From: the human T2T-CHM13v2.0 reference genome, Homo sapiens
Direction: 5' to 3' (one strand)
Length of the DNA: 64,000 bases
Assembly (NCBI RefSeq): GCF_009914755.1
Contig: NC_060937.1
Made by a program: the position numbers and the translations under genes. The notes below the pieces were generated by a model. The model was given only the letters and a program-made list of their open reading frames with translations. It did no database searches and was not told the origin of the DNA. Shown piece by piece: positions 27,751-40,527 of the stretch (its first letter is position 1; every line of letters starts with the position of its first letter).

Positions 27751-30464
27751 GTAAAGTGAAAGCGTGGATGAAGGACCTCCCAGCCCCTTGCCCTTTGTCA
27801 TGTTAGTTTGGAATTGGGGATGTGAGGTGTCCTCTCACTGGTGCAGTTGAAGGAAGGTGCCGGATACGGTTCAGATTCCTCGGTGGTCCCGAGTTCCCTG
27901 GGTGGGGAGGTTCTGTGTGCCTATGAGGAGGTGAGAGTCAGGCATTCTCCAGGGAGTAGGGTGCCCCCACCAGCTTTCACAGGCCTTCTGTAAAACTGGT
28001 CCCGCCAGGCCTTGAGTCCTTTCCTGCCTTGGGGTGAAGGACACCCAGACAACCACAGGAGTTTGGCCAGCCGGGCTGAACGGCTACAGCACGCCCCACG
28101 AGCCTGGATCACGTTCCACACCTGCAGTAGGAGCTGCAGGAACCTCCTGGCCCTGCGAGCTTCAGTGGGGTCAGCAGCCAGGCACACCTGCAGGGGGCGT
28201 CAGTGAGAGCTGGGCATTGGAATTGCCCTACACAGTTGCTGCCTTGGAAATTCAGACTTGAAATGAGAAATTAATGGAGGATTGAATTGATGTTTCTTTC
28301 ATGAGCCTGTGATTGTTGTAAAAAGAGGTGTGTCAAATGCTTGGTGAGACCCATGCAGGATTCTTTAAAGAACACTGAGGCAAACCAGACCTTATAGGGA
28401 AAAACAGGCCTCACGGAGACTGAAGTTAAAATATGGACCAGGGCCAGTGTTTCTTCATGAAGGGGGTGAGCAGAGATTTGAGGAGGCTGCAGGGTGGGAG
28501 GAAACTCATCATTTTTATTAAGGAGTTGACAAGAATAGGATCGCGGCTTGTCTTTGATTTGCGTTAAGCAGTAAAATGAAGGGATAGGCTGGAGGGCTGA
28601 GAGCAGGGTGGCAGCAGGTGCGTGCAGTCGGTATGCCTCTGCTGGAGGGAGTGGCCAGGCCACAGACATGGGACACCACATAGCAGTCCTCACACTCCTC
28701 CTCTGAGGTCCTCAGGGAGGCATTTGTGTCTCGAGACTGTTTCAGAGACCCATGTCTTCTCAGGAGATGCCAAGGCTCAGGTCAGAGACTTGTTGAGTTT
28801 TTAAGAGACTGTCTGAAGCACACACCCTGCCCTAATAAGTCAATATTTCTGTTCCTCCTGGAGACCTCACATTCCAAAGTGTGGTACTTCGGGCTCTTGT
28901 AAATGTTGGAATTCCTAAGACTCTCTCTGGAGGACAGGTAAGATGTCAGTGGGAACACACATACACACATGCACGTGCGTGTGTGCACGCACGGCTGGCA
29001 TGTCCATGGAAACTGCCTTGGCGTGGAATGAGCAGGGCTGCCTCTCAATGAGGTATTCCTTCCCTCACAATATAGCACTGGAGCCATCGGTACATGTAGA
29101 AAAGTGTTACTGGGAGGTATCTTAATCAGCCTACAAGTCCTAGTTCCAAAAGTAAGAATGCATCATTCATTTTTGAGTGGGTTATGAATAACTCACTACA
29201 ACTAAATACAGTGAATATCGTAAACCTAGAATAAGGAGTCTGTTAGATCAATTTGAAACCATTCAAATCATTTCAACCTTTGATTTATATGGAGGGATTT
29301 GGCAAGTGGCTTTAAAATCAAAATTAAAAATAGCTTGGGAAACAGCAGATGGAGGATATGAGTTGATGCTTTACCCTATAGACCCAGGAGGCCCGCCTGC
29401 CCTTCCCAGACAACTGGCCAATGAATTATTGGGTCAACTGAGGACCTCTGCCAAGCGCCTGTTCATGCCTCCCTCACGTGTAGTAAAAGGCATGAATGCG
29501 CCAGCCCATCTAGTCTTGAGCTTTGGTGCTAAACTTTCTGGCTTAGTATGGAGTTGGATTTCTAGAAATCACATATTCAAATCATGGGATTTATGAGCCC
29601 CATTGCAGATAAACATTGGAGCCATTGAAAAATTGGCAAATACCTAGGATCGTGTTTTCAGGGCGTGAGAGGATTTTATATATGTTTACTTTTACACCAT
29701 AAACTCCAGCTGCCTCATTACCTCACTCAAGACAAAAAGATCACTGGAAAGAAATGTAAAAGCTTTCAAGGTACTGTTTTCTCTGAAGGGTTTGGGACTT
29801 TCCACTTTTTGGAGTTTTTTTTTTTTATAGTAGTAACTGATGCATCAGATACTATATTAGGTAAAGAATTATAAGAAGAACATAAAAAACGTGAAACTCT
29901 CAGATGAGAGTTCTCTAGTAGAAAATTGTTAGCTGAAAGAAAAAAAAAATCACCCATACAAAAGGAACATGGAGTCATTGCTGGAACCCAAGGCCAACTC
30001 TTGCCAGGAGGTTTTGGGTCAGAAGCCTGCGTGTCCTGCCCTTCTGCCCTGGACTATCTGGAAGACCCTGCTGGGCGGCAGTGGCAGAGTGGGCCTGGCC
30101 ATGCCACTTGCACCTCCACGTGGACATGCAGCTGGTGACAGGAAAGGGGAAGGTTCCAGCAGACCCGCTATCACAAAACAACTTACAGAGGGAGTCCCCA
30201 AGTGATAGTCCTGTTTAGTCATTGACACGTAACTCAGAAGAGAGTGAAAAGGCTGTGGTAAAATACAATTTGCTTAACATTGGAAAGGGTTCTGTCATCT
30301 GGTAAGTTTTACTTGCATGATAAGGTTTCAATCAGTGAACACCAGAAGCCAGCCTTGTCCAGGGTCCCTTAGGTGTAACTGTGTGATAATAGGGAGGCTC
30401 CAGGCAGGCTGGCAGAGGCTGGCTGAGGGTGAAAAGCTAGATTAAGATTCACCTGTGAGCCACT

Positions 30465-31050
30465 GCTCACCTGTTTGTGTGGGGAGGGCTGCAGTAGCTC
30501 AACTGTGTGTGGGAGAGGGCTGCACTAGCTCACCTGTGTGTGTGGGGGAGGGCTGCACTAGCTCACCTGTGTGGGGGGAGGGCTGCACTAGCTCACCTGT
30601 GTGTGTGGGGGAGGGCTGTACTAGCTCACCTGTGTGTGTGGGGGAGGGCTGCACTAGCTCACCTGTGTGTGTGGGGGAGGGCTGCACTAGCTCACCTGTG
30701 TGTGTGGGGGAGGGCTGCACTAGCTCACCTGTGTGTGTGGGGGAGGGCTGTACTAGCTCACCTGTGTGGGGGGAGGGCAGTACCAGCTCACCTGTGTGTG
30801 TGGGGGAGGGCTGCACTAGCTCACTTGTGTGTGTGGGGGAGGGCTGCAGTAGCTCACCTGTGTGTGGGGGTGGAGGGCTGTACAGCTCACCTGTGTGAGT
30901 GGGGAGGGCTGCACTAGCTCACCTGTGTGTGGGGGGGAGGGCTGTACTAGCTCACCTGTGTGGGGGCTGAGGGCTGCACTAGGTCACCTGTATAGGGCGG
31001 AGGGCAGCACTGGCTCACCTGTAGAATGAAGGTTGTACTAGCTCACCTGT
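30465..31050. repeat. Minisatellite/VNTR 1, ~33-bp unit (gctcacctgtgtgtgtgggggagggctgcacta), ~18 copies
   Basis: Direct tandem repetition with 30-33 bp variants, degenerate at both ends. Confidence 0.97.
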
Positions 31051-31859
31051 CAGGGGAGAGGAGGCCTGCGCTGAGACTCGGCTGATCAGAAAGGGGAGAA
31101 AAGAGGGTCACTCTGATTGCCATCATCTCAAAACGTTTAATACTGTCACGATTTGAAAGGAAGAGCTAAGGTACTTGTCCAGTAGCCAATCTCCAAGTCC
31201 ATCTTTGATCTGAATGTTGAGATCAAGGATGAGAAACACCTTTTTGCCCCATCGGGATTGCCCATCCAGGGAACTCCCTCCATTTCCCACTGACTCACTT
31301 AAGGTTGTATCTCCTTCTCTGATGAAACACTCAATGGGGTCACCCACTTGCCTGAATAGGTCCTGAGGAAAGCCTCTTCCCGGCATTCCTCCTCCTTACT
31401 GAGCATAAGTGTGTCCTGTAGGGCGAAGGGGAAAGAAAGTGGACTTCCTCTGCCGACACCCCTCAAATGAAGTCGCAAGTGATATCGGTGGTGCAGATGA
31501 GGGTTTGGCATCCCGCCAGATGCACCTGCCAGTCCCTCCTCCTCACATGGCCCTCCCTTTGATCACCATGATGGGTGTCCCATGAGGGAGCCACCGTTTG
31601 CACCGACACCTCCTCCTCCCCTCCGTGGTGGCCCACTCCTGCCCACCTCTCTGGGTTCCCCGCCAGCATTTTCTCCAGGCACATGCTCCACATGTCCAGG
31701 CAGAAGGCAGAGCTGCTGCCCATGCCCCGGAGTTTCTCATGCATGCCACAGGCCTGCTCCTTCCTGATTCCTCACTTCACATGGAATCCAGATTCTTGGA
31801 ATGTTCTCCTGACGCTGAAGGTCCAGGACTTTGCTTGGCATCGGGCAGTTTATAGGCAC

Positions 31860-32151
31860 TTTTTTTTTTTTTTTGAGACAGTCTTACTCTGTGGCCCAGG
31901 CTGGAGTGCAGTGATGTGATCTCAGCTCACTGCAACCTCCACCTCCCGGTTCAAGCGATTTTCCTGCCTCAGCCTCCTAAGTAGCTGGGAATACCGGTGC
32001 CTGCCACCACGCCTGGCTAATTTTTGTATTTTTAGTAGAGACGGGGTTTCACCATGTTGGCCAGGATGGTCTTGATCTCCTGACCTTGTGATCCACCTGC
32101 CTCGGCCTCCCAAAGTGCTGGGATTCCAGGCGTGAGCGACCGCGCCCAGCC
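31860..32151 (-). mobile_element. AluS (Sc-like), full length
   Basis: Poly-T plus antisense Alu; ccaggatggtcttgatctcctgacc diagnostic. Confidence 0.95.
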
Positions 32152-32177
32152 TAGTGAGAACTATTTAAAGACTCCTT

Positions 32178-32430
32178 GACCATAGAACATACAGCACCAA
32201 GGGTGAACCCTGGTCTCAACTGTGGACTCTGGTGATGGTGATGCGGGCAGACTCAGCGATTGTAACCAGCATACAGGTTGGTTCCAACCTGTACATCCTG
32301 GTGCAGGATGTCGATGGTGGGGGATTTCAGGGGTGGGAGAGACAGGGGTATATTGGAAATCTCTGGACCTTACACTCGATTTTACTGTGCACCAAAAACT
32401 GCTCTAAAAATTAGTCTATTTTTTTAAAAA
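32178..32430 (+). mobile_element. L1MC/MD-type 3' end
   Basis: catagaacatacagcaccaagggtgaaccct…ggaaatctctg…aaaactgctctaaaaattagtctatt matches the L1MC 3' terminus. Confidence 0.75.
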
Positions 32431-32559
32431 AGCCTTATTGAATGTTTTGAATGAATCGTTTCTAGAGTTGGAAGGATTCTCAACAGATGATATTTTAATA
32501 CATGTTGTAGTTGGCAATGTTTAGGTAACTTTTCTTTGCCTTGTGTTTTATTGTTGCAG

Positions 32560-32640
32560 GGTGTGAAGAAGTTTGATGTGCCGTGTGGAGGAAGAGATTG
32601 CAGTGGGGGCTGCCAGTGCTACCCTGAGAAAGGTGGACGT
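32560..32640 (+). CDS. COL4A2: Collagen type IV alpha-2 chain, internal coding exon (exon 4 by usual numbering), N-terminal 7S Cys-rich segment
   Basis: Flanked by ttgcAG and GTAAGT. 81 nt, phase 0/0, translates to [27 protein letters not shown], which I recognise as human COL4A2 sequence just after the signal peptide region. Confidence 0.97.
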
Positions 32641-32682
32641 GTAAGTCACAGCATTGCAATAAATAATATTATCTTCCTCATA

Positions 32683-33807
32683 CAGTCATGCCTCGCTTAA
32701 CAACGGGGTACCTTCTGGGACACGTGTGGCTGGGCAGTTTCATCATTGCTTGAACATACTGGAGAGTACTCACACAAACCTAGATGGCCGGGCCTACTAC
32801 ACACCCGGCTGTGTGATAGAGCCTGTTGCTACTAGGCTACAAACCTGTACGTAGGCAGTTGCGACACAGTACTATTTGTATATCTAAATACAGAAAAGGT
32901 ACAGTAAAAAGAAAGTAAAAAGATGTAAAATGGGACTCCTGTGTAGGGCATTTACCATGAACGGAGCTTGCGGGACTTGGAAGTTGCTCTGTCTGCGTTG
33001 GGGAGTGCAGGGTGCGTGGATGTGAAGGCCTGGGGCGTGACCGCGCACCACTGTAGATCCATCAACACTGGGTCTTAGGCGGCCCTAAACTTACGTTTTC
33101 AATATTTTTATTTCTTCAGTAATAAATTAACCTTAGTTTACTATAACTTTTTTACTTTATAAACTGTTAAACTTTTTAAACTTTTTGACTGTTTTTGCAA
33201 TAACACTTAGCTTAAAACACACATTGTACAGCTGTACAAACATATTTTCTTTTTCTACGTTTTTATTCGATGTTTTTTTCTATTAAAAAAATTTTTTTTT
33301 ACTTTTTAAACTTTTTTGTTAAAAACAAAGAAACAAACAGACATGGGAGCCTGGGCCTACACGGGCTCAGGATAATCAATATCACTGTCTTTCACCTCCA
33401 CATCTTGTCCCACCAGAAGGTCTTCGGGGCAATAACACGCATGGAGCCGTCATCCCCTCTGGGAACAATGCCTGCTTCTGGATTCTTCCTGAAGCACCTG
33501 CCTGAGGCTATTTTACAGTTAACATATGTACACATATAAATAGGAGTACACTCCAAAATAACAATAAAAAGTAGAGTATAGTAAATGCAGAAAACAGTGA
33601 CGCAGTTGCTTGTCACCAAGTGTCATACACTGCATGTAACTGCATGTCCACACTTTGATGCAACCAGCAACACAGCAGGTTTGTCCCCACCAGCACCACC
33701 ACAAACATGTGGGTTATGCGCTGGGCAGATCCGGTGTCATCTTAGGGCACCACTATCTTCAGTGCAGTCTGTTGTTGACCAAAAAGTCATGATGCGGTGC
33801 CTGATTG
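32683..33807. mobile_element. Tigger3b/MER7-type TcMar-Tigger non-autonomous DNA transposon
   Basis: TA-flanked termini cagtcatgcctcgcttaac … gatgcggtgcctgattg; internal motifs cacacaaacctagatgg, ctaggctacaaacctgtac, cacttagcttaaaacac. Confidence 0.88.
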
Positions 33808-36800
33808 TACTTCCATTTGAAATGAGAGTGTCTTAAATTTTCTGAGTAAGTCATTGCATACTTTGCTAAGAAATTTAATCAATTGTATTCTGTTCCACTA
33901 GAACAAACAATAATATAATGCAAAATTGGGTCAATGTATACCACTTTCCTACAAAATTGAGAGCAATTTTAATTTTCATAAGCATCTTTTCTTTCATTCA
34001 TTGTTCATTATAAGTACGTACGTGTGTTTGCATGTGTGTATATATGTGCATATATAAAGCAATGATGTTTTATAGTTATAATAAGCAGAAATGTCATAAA
34101 AATATTCTGTAAAGAAAAAAGTAGTTGCATTCATACTGCAATATAGTTATACAAACTAGGGAGCACTGGCAGTTGTATCATTGCTAACAATTCTCACTTT
34201 GAAAATATTTACTCCCTGAATGTCTTTGATGTGGTCCGTCTGATAGATAAGTAAGAGGAAAAAAGGGTACCCCAAATCATCACCATTACATCTGGCAGAA
34301 TTTGAAATATTGCCCTGATATTGGATTTAATATGTTCAATCAAAGTGATTGATCTCTGATTCTGTTGCCTTTAAAACTGATATCTTTAAAACTGAGTCTT
34401 GGTGTTACTTGGTTTAAAAGTATTATTTATATGTGCACCTTTAAGTCCATCTTGCATGTGTGAAGGTGTGGGGAGTAGTATTTTGTTTTATGACACAGCC
34501 TCCTTGCCTTTATTCCCTGGACTCATGCATCTACCCTAGGACACATGCTTGTCTACACCTTCGTTTGGCAAATGCCAGGTTGTCAAGGCAACTGGAAACT
34601 CTTCCCTGAATTGCCCTGATGTTGTTGGAATCAGAAATTATAACAGCCCTTGGGTGTCCAAATGAGTTTCCCCAAGTTGAATCCTGAAGTCAGTTTCTAC
34701 CGTAGCCATTTCCCATCCCTACCTGCCAGGAAGAACGACCCTCTGCTGGAGCTTGGCCTCCAGGGCTGAGGTGCGATGCTGCTGCCTCCTCTCCTGTGTC
34801 CCCTCCACAAAATCAAATGGGCACAGTTCGTGATAGGGAACCTCTTTATAAATACTGTCTTCCTATTTCCTGACCTGTGACTGATCATTATTTCACTGTC
34901 AAAAATCACAACTGAGGAGGCTTCCTGCCCCTTTGATCAAAGCTCCCATCTCTCCACCTGCTGCATTCATCATTAGTTGCACTTCTTAAAACAGTTATTT
35001 TTGTTTCGGTTAAGCATTCCTCTGCCTGCTGTGGGGACTTTATGGTTTAGAAATTGCTGGTTGAAGATCATTTATCAGCACTTAACAAGGCTAAATAATT
35101 TTTAAGTTTATGGAAGCCATTTCACAAGATGTAAAATTCCCCTGGGTCTCATGCTATGGATTTTCCCAACGACACTTCTGTGGCAGTGATGAGAATGCCT
35201 GACTGCAGACTCTCCACCCCGCAGCCCTTGACTGGCTCAGCCTTATATGGGCATGGATAGAATTGGTGGTATACACATATCTGTGAGACTAGCTGTGTGG
35301 GACGGAGTTCGTGTCTAGAGCGACTCTGCATTCTTCTCCATGTCATCAGATAAACAGAACCCAAACAAACTGAGTAGAGGTGACCGGATCTGTTCTTTTC
35401 ACTTTCTATGATTATTTAATGCAGAATCAACATAGTAACATTTTCCATAATGCCTTTAGGAGAATTTGATTCTTCAGTAAACATAGCTAGTTCAGATTAT
35501 TTCAGTATATAATGGCATCTGCATAGCAGTGTACTGTTACACGATGCCAGAGGTCTTTTCAGTGAGGTTATTAGGAGGGGATTTCTAAGGATCCCCAAGA
35601 CTCTGTGATTTCATGAATTCACAGCACAGGCATTGAGACCTTTTTATTTCCCAGCGTCCCTAGTGAAGGAAACACCTTGAGTCTCTTTCTATACTTTGCC
35701 AAGTAAAATGAAAAATCGACACCTTCTGGTTAATCTGATTAACTTGAGTAATCCAAAACTCCGTGTGGGCTTGGCTGTCCTCTAGTTATCCAGACGGGTT
35801 ATCAACACTGATCCAATTAAGCTGTGATTGGCAGCTGTCTGAAGGGTTGTACAAAAGACAGAGGCAAACGATACCCGCCCCCCACCCCGGGGCCTGGACT
35901 GTGGGATCCACTGTGCACGCGCAGCACTCATGTGGCCTGAAATCTGGCTGTACCTGTACCTCTGGGTGCTGCGTGATGCTTGACACTGTCATTTCACCTG
36001 GGCCGAGGCCCGTGCTGCCAAGGGACCACACAGCCAGTCACTGGAGTGTGTTAACAATCAGCACACAGGGCTGCTCTGTTAATTCAGGTGAGACCCTGAA
36101 CATTCACTGATAAAGTGATAGAAATAGCTGATGATAAAAGGTAAGAAAGAGATCAGTGATGCCATTTACCATTTTCTTATTCCTGGAGATATTCTTCTGT
36201 GTGTTACAGGAGACAATTACTCTCAGGACTGCTGCATCTACTGTATTAAAACATTTTTAAGATAGAGCATCTGTTTCAATACTACAAATCCGGTGCATGT
36301 GGCTTAACTATTTATTAATTAACAGATTTTCCCAAATGTGCTCTTGCAGAAGCATTGCTCTGTCTGCCCTACTTTTGGACTGATAGTATTTTTTTAAAGT
36401 AAGATAATACATAAAAATAGCAGCTGGACAGAGCTTGCTGTCGAAAGGGCTGTGTGCATAGTTTGTTCTTTCCCACAGCTTCCCCTGGGGTGGCTCCCGT
36501 CTCTCTTCCCTGTGGTGCTACTGTAACAGCCCTGGAAATGCCTGGCTGCAGACTCGCCACACCCCAGCACTTGGCTAGCTCAGCCTTTTATGGGCATGGT
36601 ACCCCAGTTCATCTGTGCGTCACCATGGTGACAGCCAACATCGGAAGTTGTACGTCACTGGATAACTTTTGGACACGAAGCAGAAATCACAAGCATACTA
36701 TGGATTCCAGTTCCAAATGGATTCTCATGTGACCAGTGAATGAGCTTTGGGTCAATTTGCAGAGCTTTGTTCATCCTTGGGCGGTGAGTGGTAGACTCTC

Positions 36801-37477
36801 CCAGCAGGGAGAGAATTGCTTCACCCAGACAGAACCACCCAGTCCCATAGATAATTCCAGCAAGCCACAGAGTTGAGGCCTGAAGAGGCAAGGCAGGAGC
36901 TGTGTCCCGGCTGCTTGGCACTGCCCACTTCCCCTCCCTGGGCAGAGCTGGGAGGAGCTGAGCCAGGAGCCAGCCCATGTCCTGTAGTTCACGTACGAGC
37001 ACACTGACTTCAGGAGGGAAATGGCCTCTGCAAATCTCACACCCAGATTGTGGCAGAGTCCAAAACAAAACTCAAGTCTGGGGACTTAGACAAATTCTTT
37101 TTCCAGCATAATCATCTTCTGTGTCCGTACTCCTCTTCCCATATGTCAGCCTAGAAGAGTGAGGCTCTCCGGGATGCAGGGAAGAACATAGGCAGCGTGA
37201 GAAGAGAGTTTCCCCTCGTTATGCAAGAGTTATGGTTCCCTAGTTAACTCTCTAACCACCTCTTCAGTTGTTTTGTGGATTAAAAAATAACTTTAACAAA
37301 TGATTCAGGGCTCTGTTGTTATTTGAGGGTCTGTATTTCAAATAATCTCTAGTAAGCATATTGGAATAATTATAAATGATAAGTTCGATTCATTGATACT
37401 GCATGTTCTCAGATTTACCCCTCCACTGAATACCAGGCAATCATCAGCACCAAACAAGGTGCCCGCCCCTAGCACCT

Positions 37478-37707
37478 TTCACTGCAGCCCTCCCAGGCTC
37501 AAGCAGTTCTCCTGCCTTAGGCCCTCAAGTAGCTGGAACTATAGGCATGCACCACCACACCTGGCTAATTTTTGTATTTTTTTTTTTTGTGGAGATGGGA
37601 TTTTGCCATATTGCCCAGTCTGGTCTTGAACTCCTAAGCTCAGGCAGTCTGCCCACCTCAGCCTCCCAAACTTCTGGGATTACAGGTGTGAGCCACCACA
37701 CCCAGCC
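37478..37707 (-). mobile_element. AluJ, 3'-truncated (no tail)
   Basis: Antisense Alu that starts mid right monomer. Confidence 0.9.
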
Positions 37708-38952
37708 TTCTTTTTCTATTCTCTTTTCAGTTTTCTTTCTTTATACACCATGGAGATGGAAGGCAGTTGAATGGGAAGCATCAAAGTGAGTTTCAGTTAC
37801 AGAATTTCTGTCAGAGTTATCAGCACCACGCAATGTAAAGGTTAATAATATAGAAAGCAGTAGAGGGGCAGATAGGAAATCGGAGTCAACAAATAAGACA
37901 GCTTTGCTTTGCTTGTTAACTCACCTAGCAGATGGTGAAAGTCTTGGATTTTTCCAAGTAAGGTCAATTTTAGTTCATTATTTCAGTAACTTAGCCAGGT
38001 TCCTGTTCTCCCCCAAACATCTGATTTTTGACCATAAACTCTGATCAGATAGGTTGTTTCAAATTTTTTAATGACATCAACCTTCACAGGGCACCTCCTA
38101 TGTCCTAAGGCACTTGGGTATTCCAGAAACTGGTAAATATGAAGACTGGTTGGATAACTCCGTGTTGGGAATTAGTGAGATGGTCAAATGGCCCTGTCAC
38201 ACGACAACAGGGAAAAGAGAACCCACGTCATCAGCCCCTGAACGAGTGAGTGGAGGCCTCTGCATCACTCAGCATGCATCCAGGCGGTACCCACAGTGCC
38301 CCCTGTGGCCTGGCAGCTGCAGCTGAGAGCCTGGAGACTATGCTTCTGGAAGGTTGCGATTGACAAGCTCGCTCAAGTAAGCAGTGGCTGAGTGCTTAGG
38401 GCAACAAGTTGTGTTTAGCGACTGCATTTTTTCATGTAGCTAAGAGTTTCCCACAGTCTATGGGTCCCTGGACTTGGGTCAAATAGTCCTTAGCCTCACC
38501 AGATTTCTTAAATTCAACACTATAAATCAAAGTAAAAGAAACCAGAGAGAAACTGAGCAAAAATAGCTGCCAAGAGAAGAGGGAACGAGTGCTCGGGGCG
38601 GGTTGGAGGCAGATAACGAGAAGGCAAGAAAATTCTTTGTCTTTGGCTCCTGCTGTCAGCTCAGAGGGGTCATCTTGAGATGAAAAAGAAAAGTCCCCAG
38701 CCTTGGGGAAGGAAAGGAGAGGGTGCCCCACGCAGATATGAAGCAAAGCCATTGGCAAGATATTCTCTCTAAGGAGAGCAGCGGTCTTGCCAAAGGCATC
38801 TTCTATTGTGTATTGCCGTCATAAACCCTACCCTTCCATGTAGATAGCCAGGATTTTAAAATAAAACTAAATCTTCCCCAAGGAGAGAATTGCGATGCCC
38901 TGGCAGCATGGGCACTTTTGTGTGGGTGTTTCCGTGGCTAGAGGGGTTCTGA

Positions 38953-39087
38953 AATTTTTGTATTTGTAGTAGAGATGGGGTTTCACCATGTTGGCCAGGC
39001 TGGTCTCGAACTTCTGACCTCAGGTGAGCCGCCCGCCTCGGCCTCCCAAAGTGCTGAGATTATAGGCGTGAGCCACTGCACCCGGCC
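38953..39087 (-). mobile_element. Alu left monomer only (S-type), no TSD seen
   Basis: aatttttgtatttgtagtagagatggggtttcaccatg…gagccactgcacccggcc; the right monomer and tail are absent. Confidence 0.92.
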
Positions 39088-39909
39088 TCTGTCTTAGTTC
39101 TTTGAAGATGTGGGCATGTGTGGAATAAAAACATCAGTGCTGCTGGTCGGACCTCTTTGCAAACCAACTGCAATTTTTCCAGACAGATACTTTTAAACGG
39201 TGTGCCCAGCATACTTAGAAAAAGAAATCTCCAGCTTTTTACATGCTGCACAGAAAGGGCAAGGAATTAGTCAGAAATAGCAAAAACACCACCTGGCTTC
39301 CAGGCTTTTATAGCCCTGTCTACACATAGCTCTCACTCACTTTCAAAACCATGCAGTTATTTTTAGTGTGGCTTTGGAGCAAAGGTGGTCTGGCTCATCC
39401 AGCGCTGCAGGGGCTGTGGCAACTGGGTCCCGTGATTATTTTCTGTGGGTGAGCTCCAAACTGGCCCATTATCTATCAAATCCTCAATGGTGTTATAGTG
39501 GTTCTTTTGACATAAAATATTTATCATATGGGTGGGATGGCGAGTGGAGGAGGGGCCAGAAATTCGTAATTGCTTCTCTCTTTGTCAGCTGCATAATTAA
39601 CTCAATTCTACCACAATTTATTAAAAGTCCCACTTCAAGAGAATGGTTAAATCTCGCTGGAAAGAAAGAGCCACATTATGCTCTGAAGCTCCAAGTTTCA
39701 GAAAATATTCTTTTTGTGAATATATAAGCCCAATAGGTCACCCATCTTGGTCTTACTTTCATGAAACCCTGACTTTATATTGTGCTTTCTTTTCATCTAG
39801 GATTTACTATCTAGAATAGTCTTACACATTTGCTATGAGTTTCCTGTCTCTCCACTCTCCCCAGATCCTCCCTCTACCCCTGGCTCCAAACTCAACGGAG
39901 ATTGGATGT

Positions 39910-40035
39910 TCAGTATGGTAACTGCTAGGCACATGCAGCTATTTCAATTTCAGTTTTAATTAATTAAAATGAAATAAAATTTAAAATTCAGTTATCCTGT
40001 TCACTAGCCACACCTGAAGTACTCGCATAGCCACA
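39910..40035. mobile_element. MER3/MER33-type hAT-Charlie relic
   Basis: taattaattaaaatgaaataaaatttaaaattcagtt…cactagccaca…gtactc…tagccaca. Confidence 0.75.
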
Positions 40036-40049
40036 ACTCCAGAAGATGA

Positions 40050-40133
40050 CTGCTCTGTTTACTTCTGTATTCCTGGGGCCTATGCAGGGCCTGACACATG
40101 GTGGATATATACTAAGTATTTGTTGAATGAATA
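40050..40133 (+). mobile_element. L2 3' end
   Basis: …gcctgacacatggtgg…taagtatttgttgaatgaat. Confidence 0.7.
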
Positions 40134-40157
40134 CATATTGTTTTTAAATTTTAGTAG

Positions 40158-40527
<370 letters not shown>

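Noticed and set aside
30455-30917. Cys-rich repeat ORFs (SSPVCVGEGCT)n resembling keratin-associated or metallothionein-like proteins
   Set aside because: Translations of the 33-bp VNTR, open in several frames.
32683-33807. Possible transposase gene in the Tigger element
   Set aside because: A ~1.1-kb non-autonomous, decayed copy with no long ORF or DDE motif.
38432-38758. 108-aa minus-strand ORF with a hydrophobic stretch
   Set aside because: No recognisable family or supporting gene structure; this length is expected by chance.
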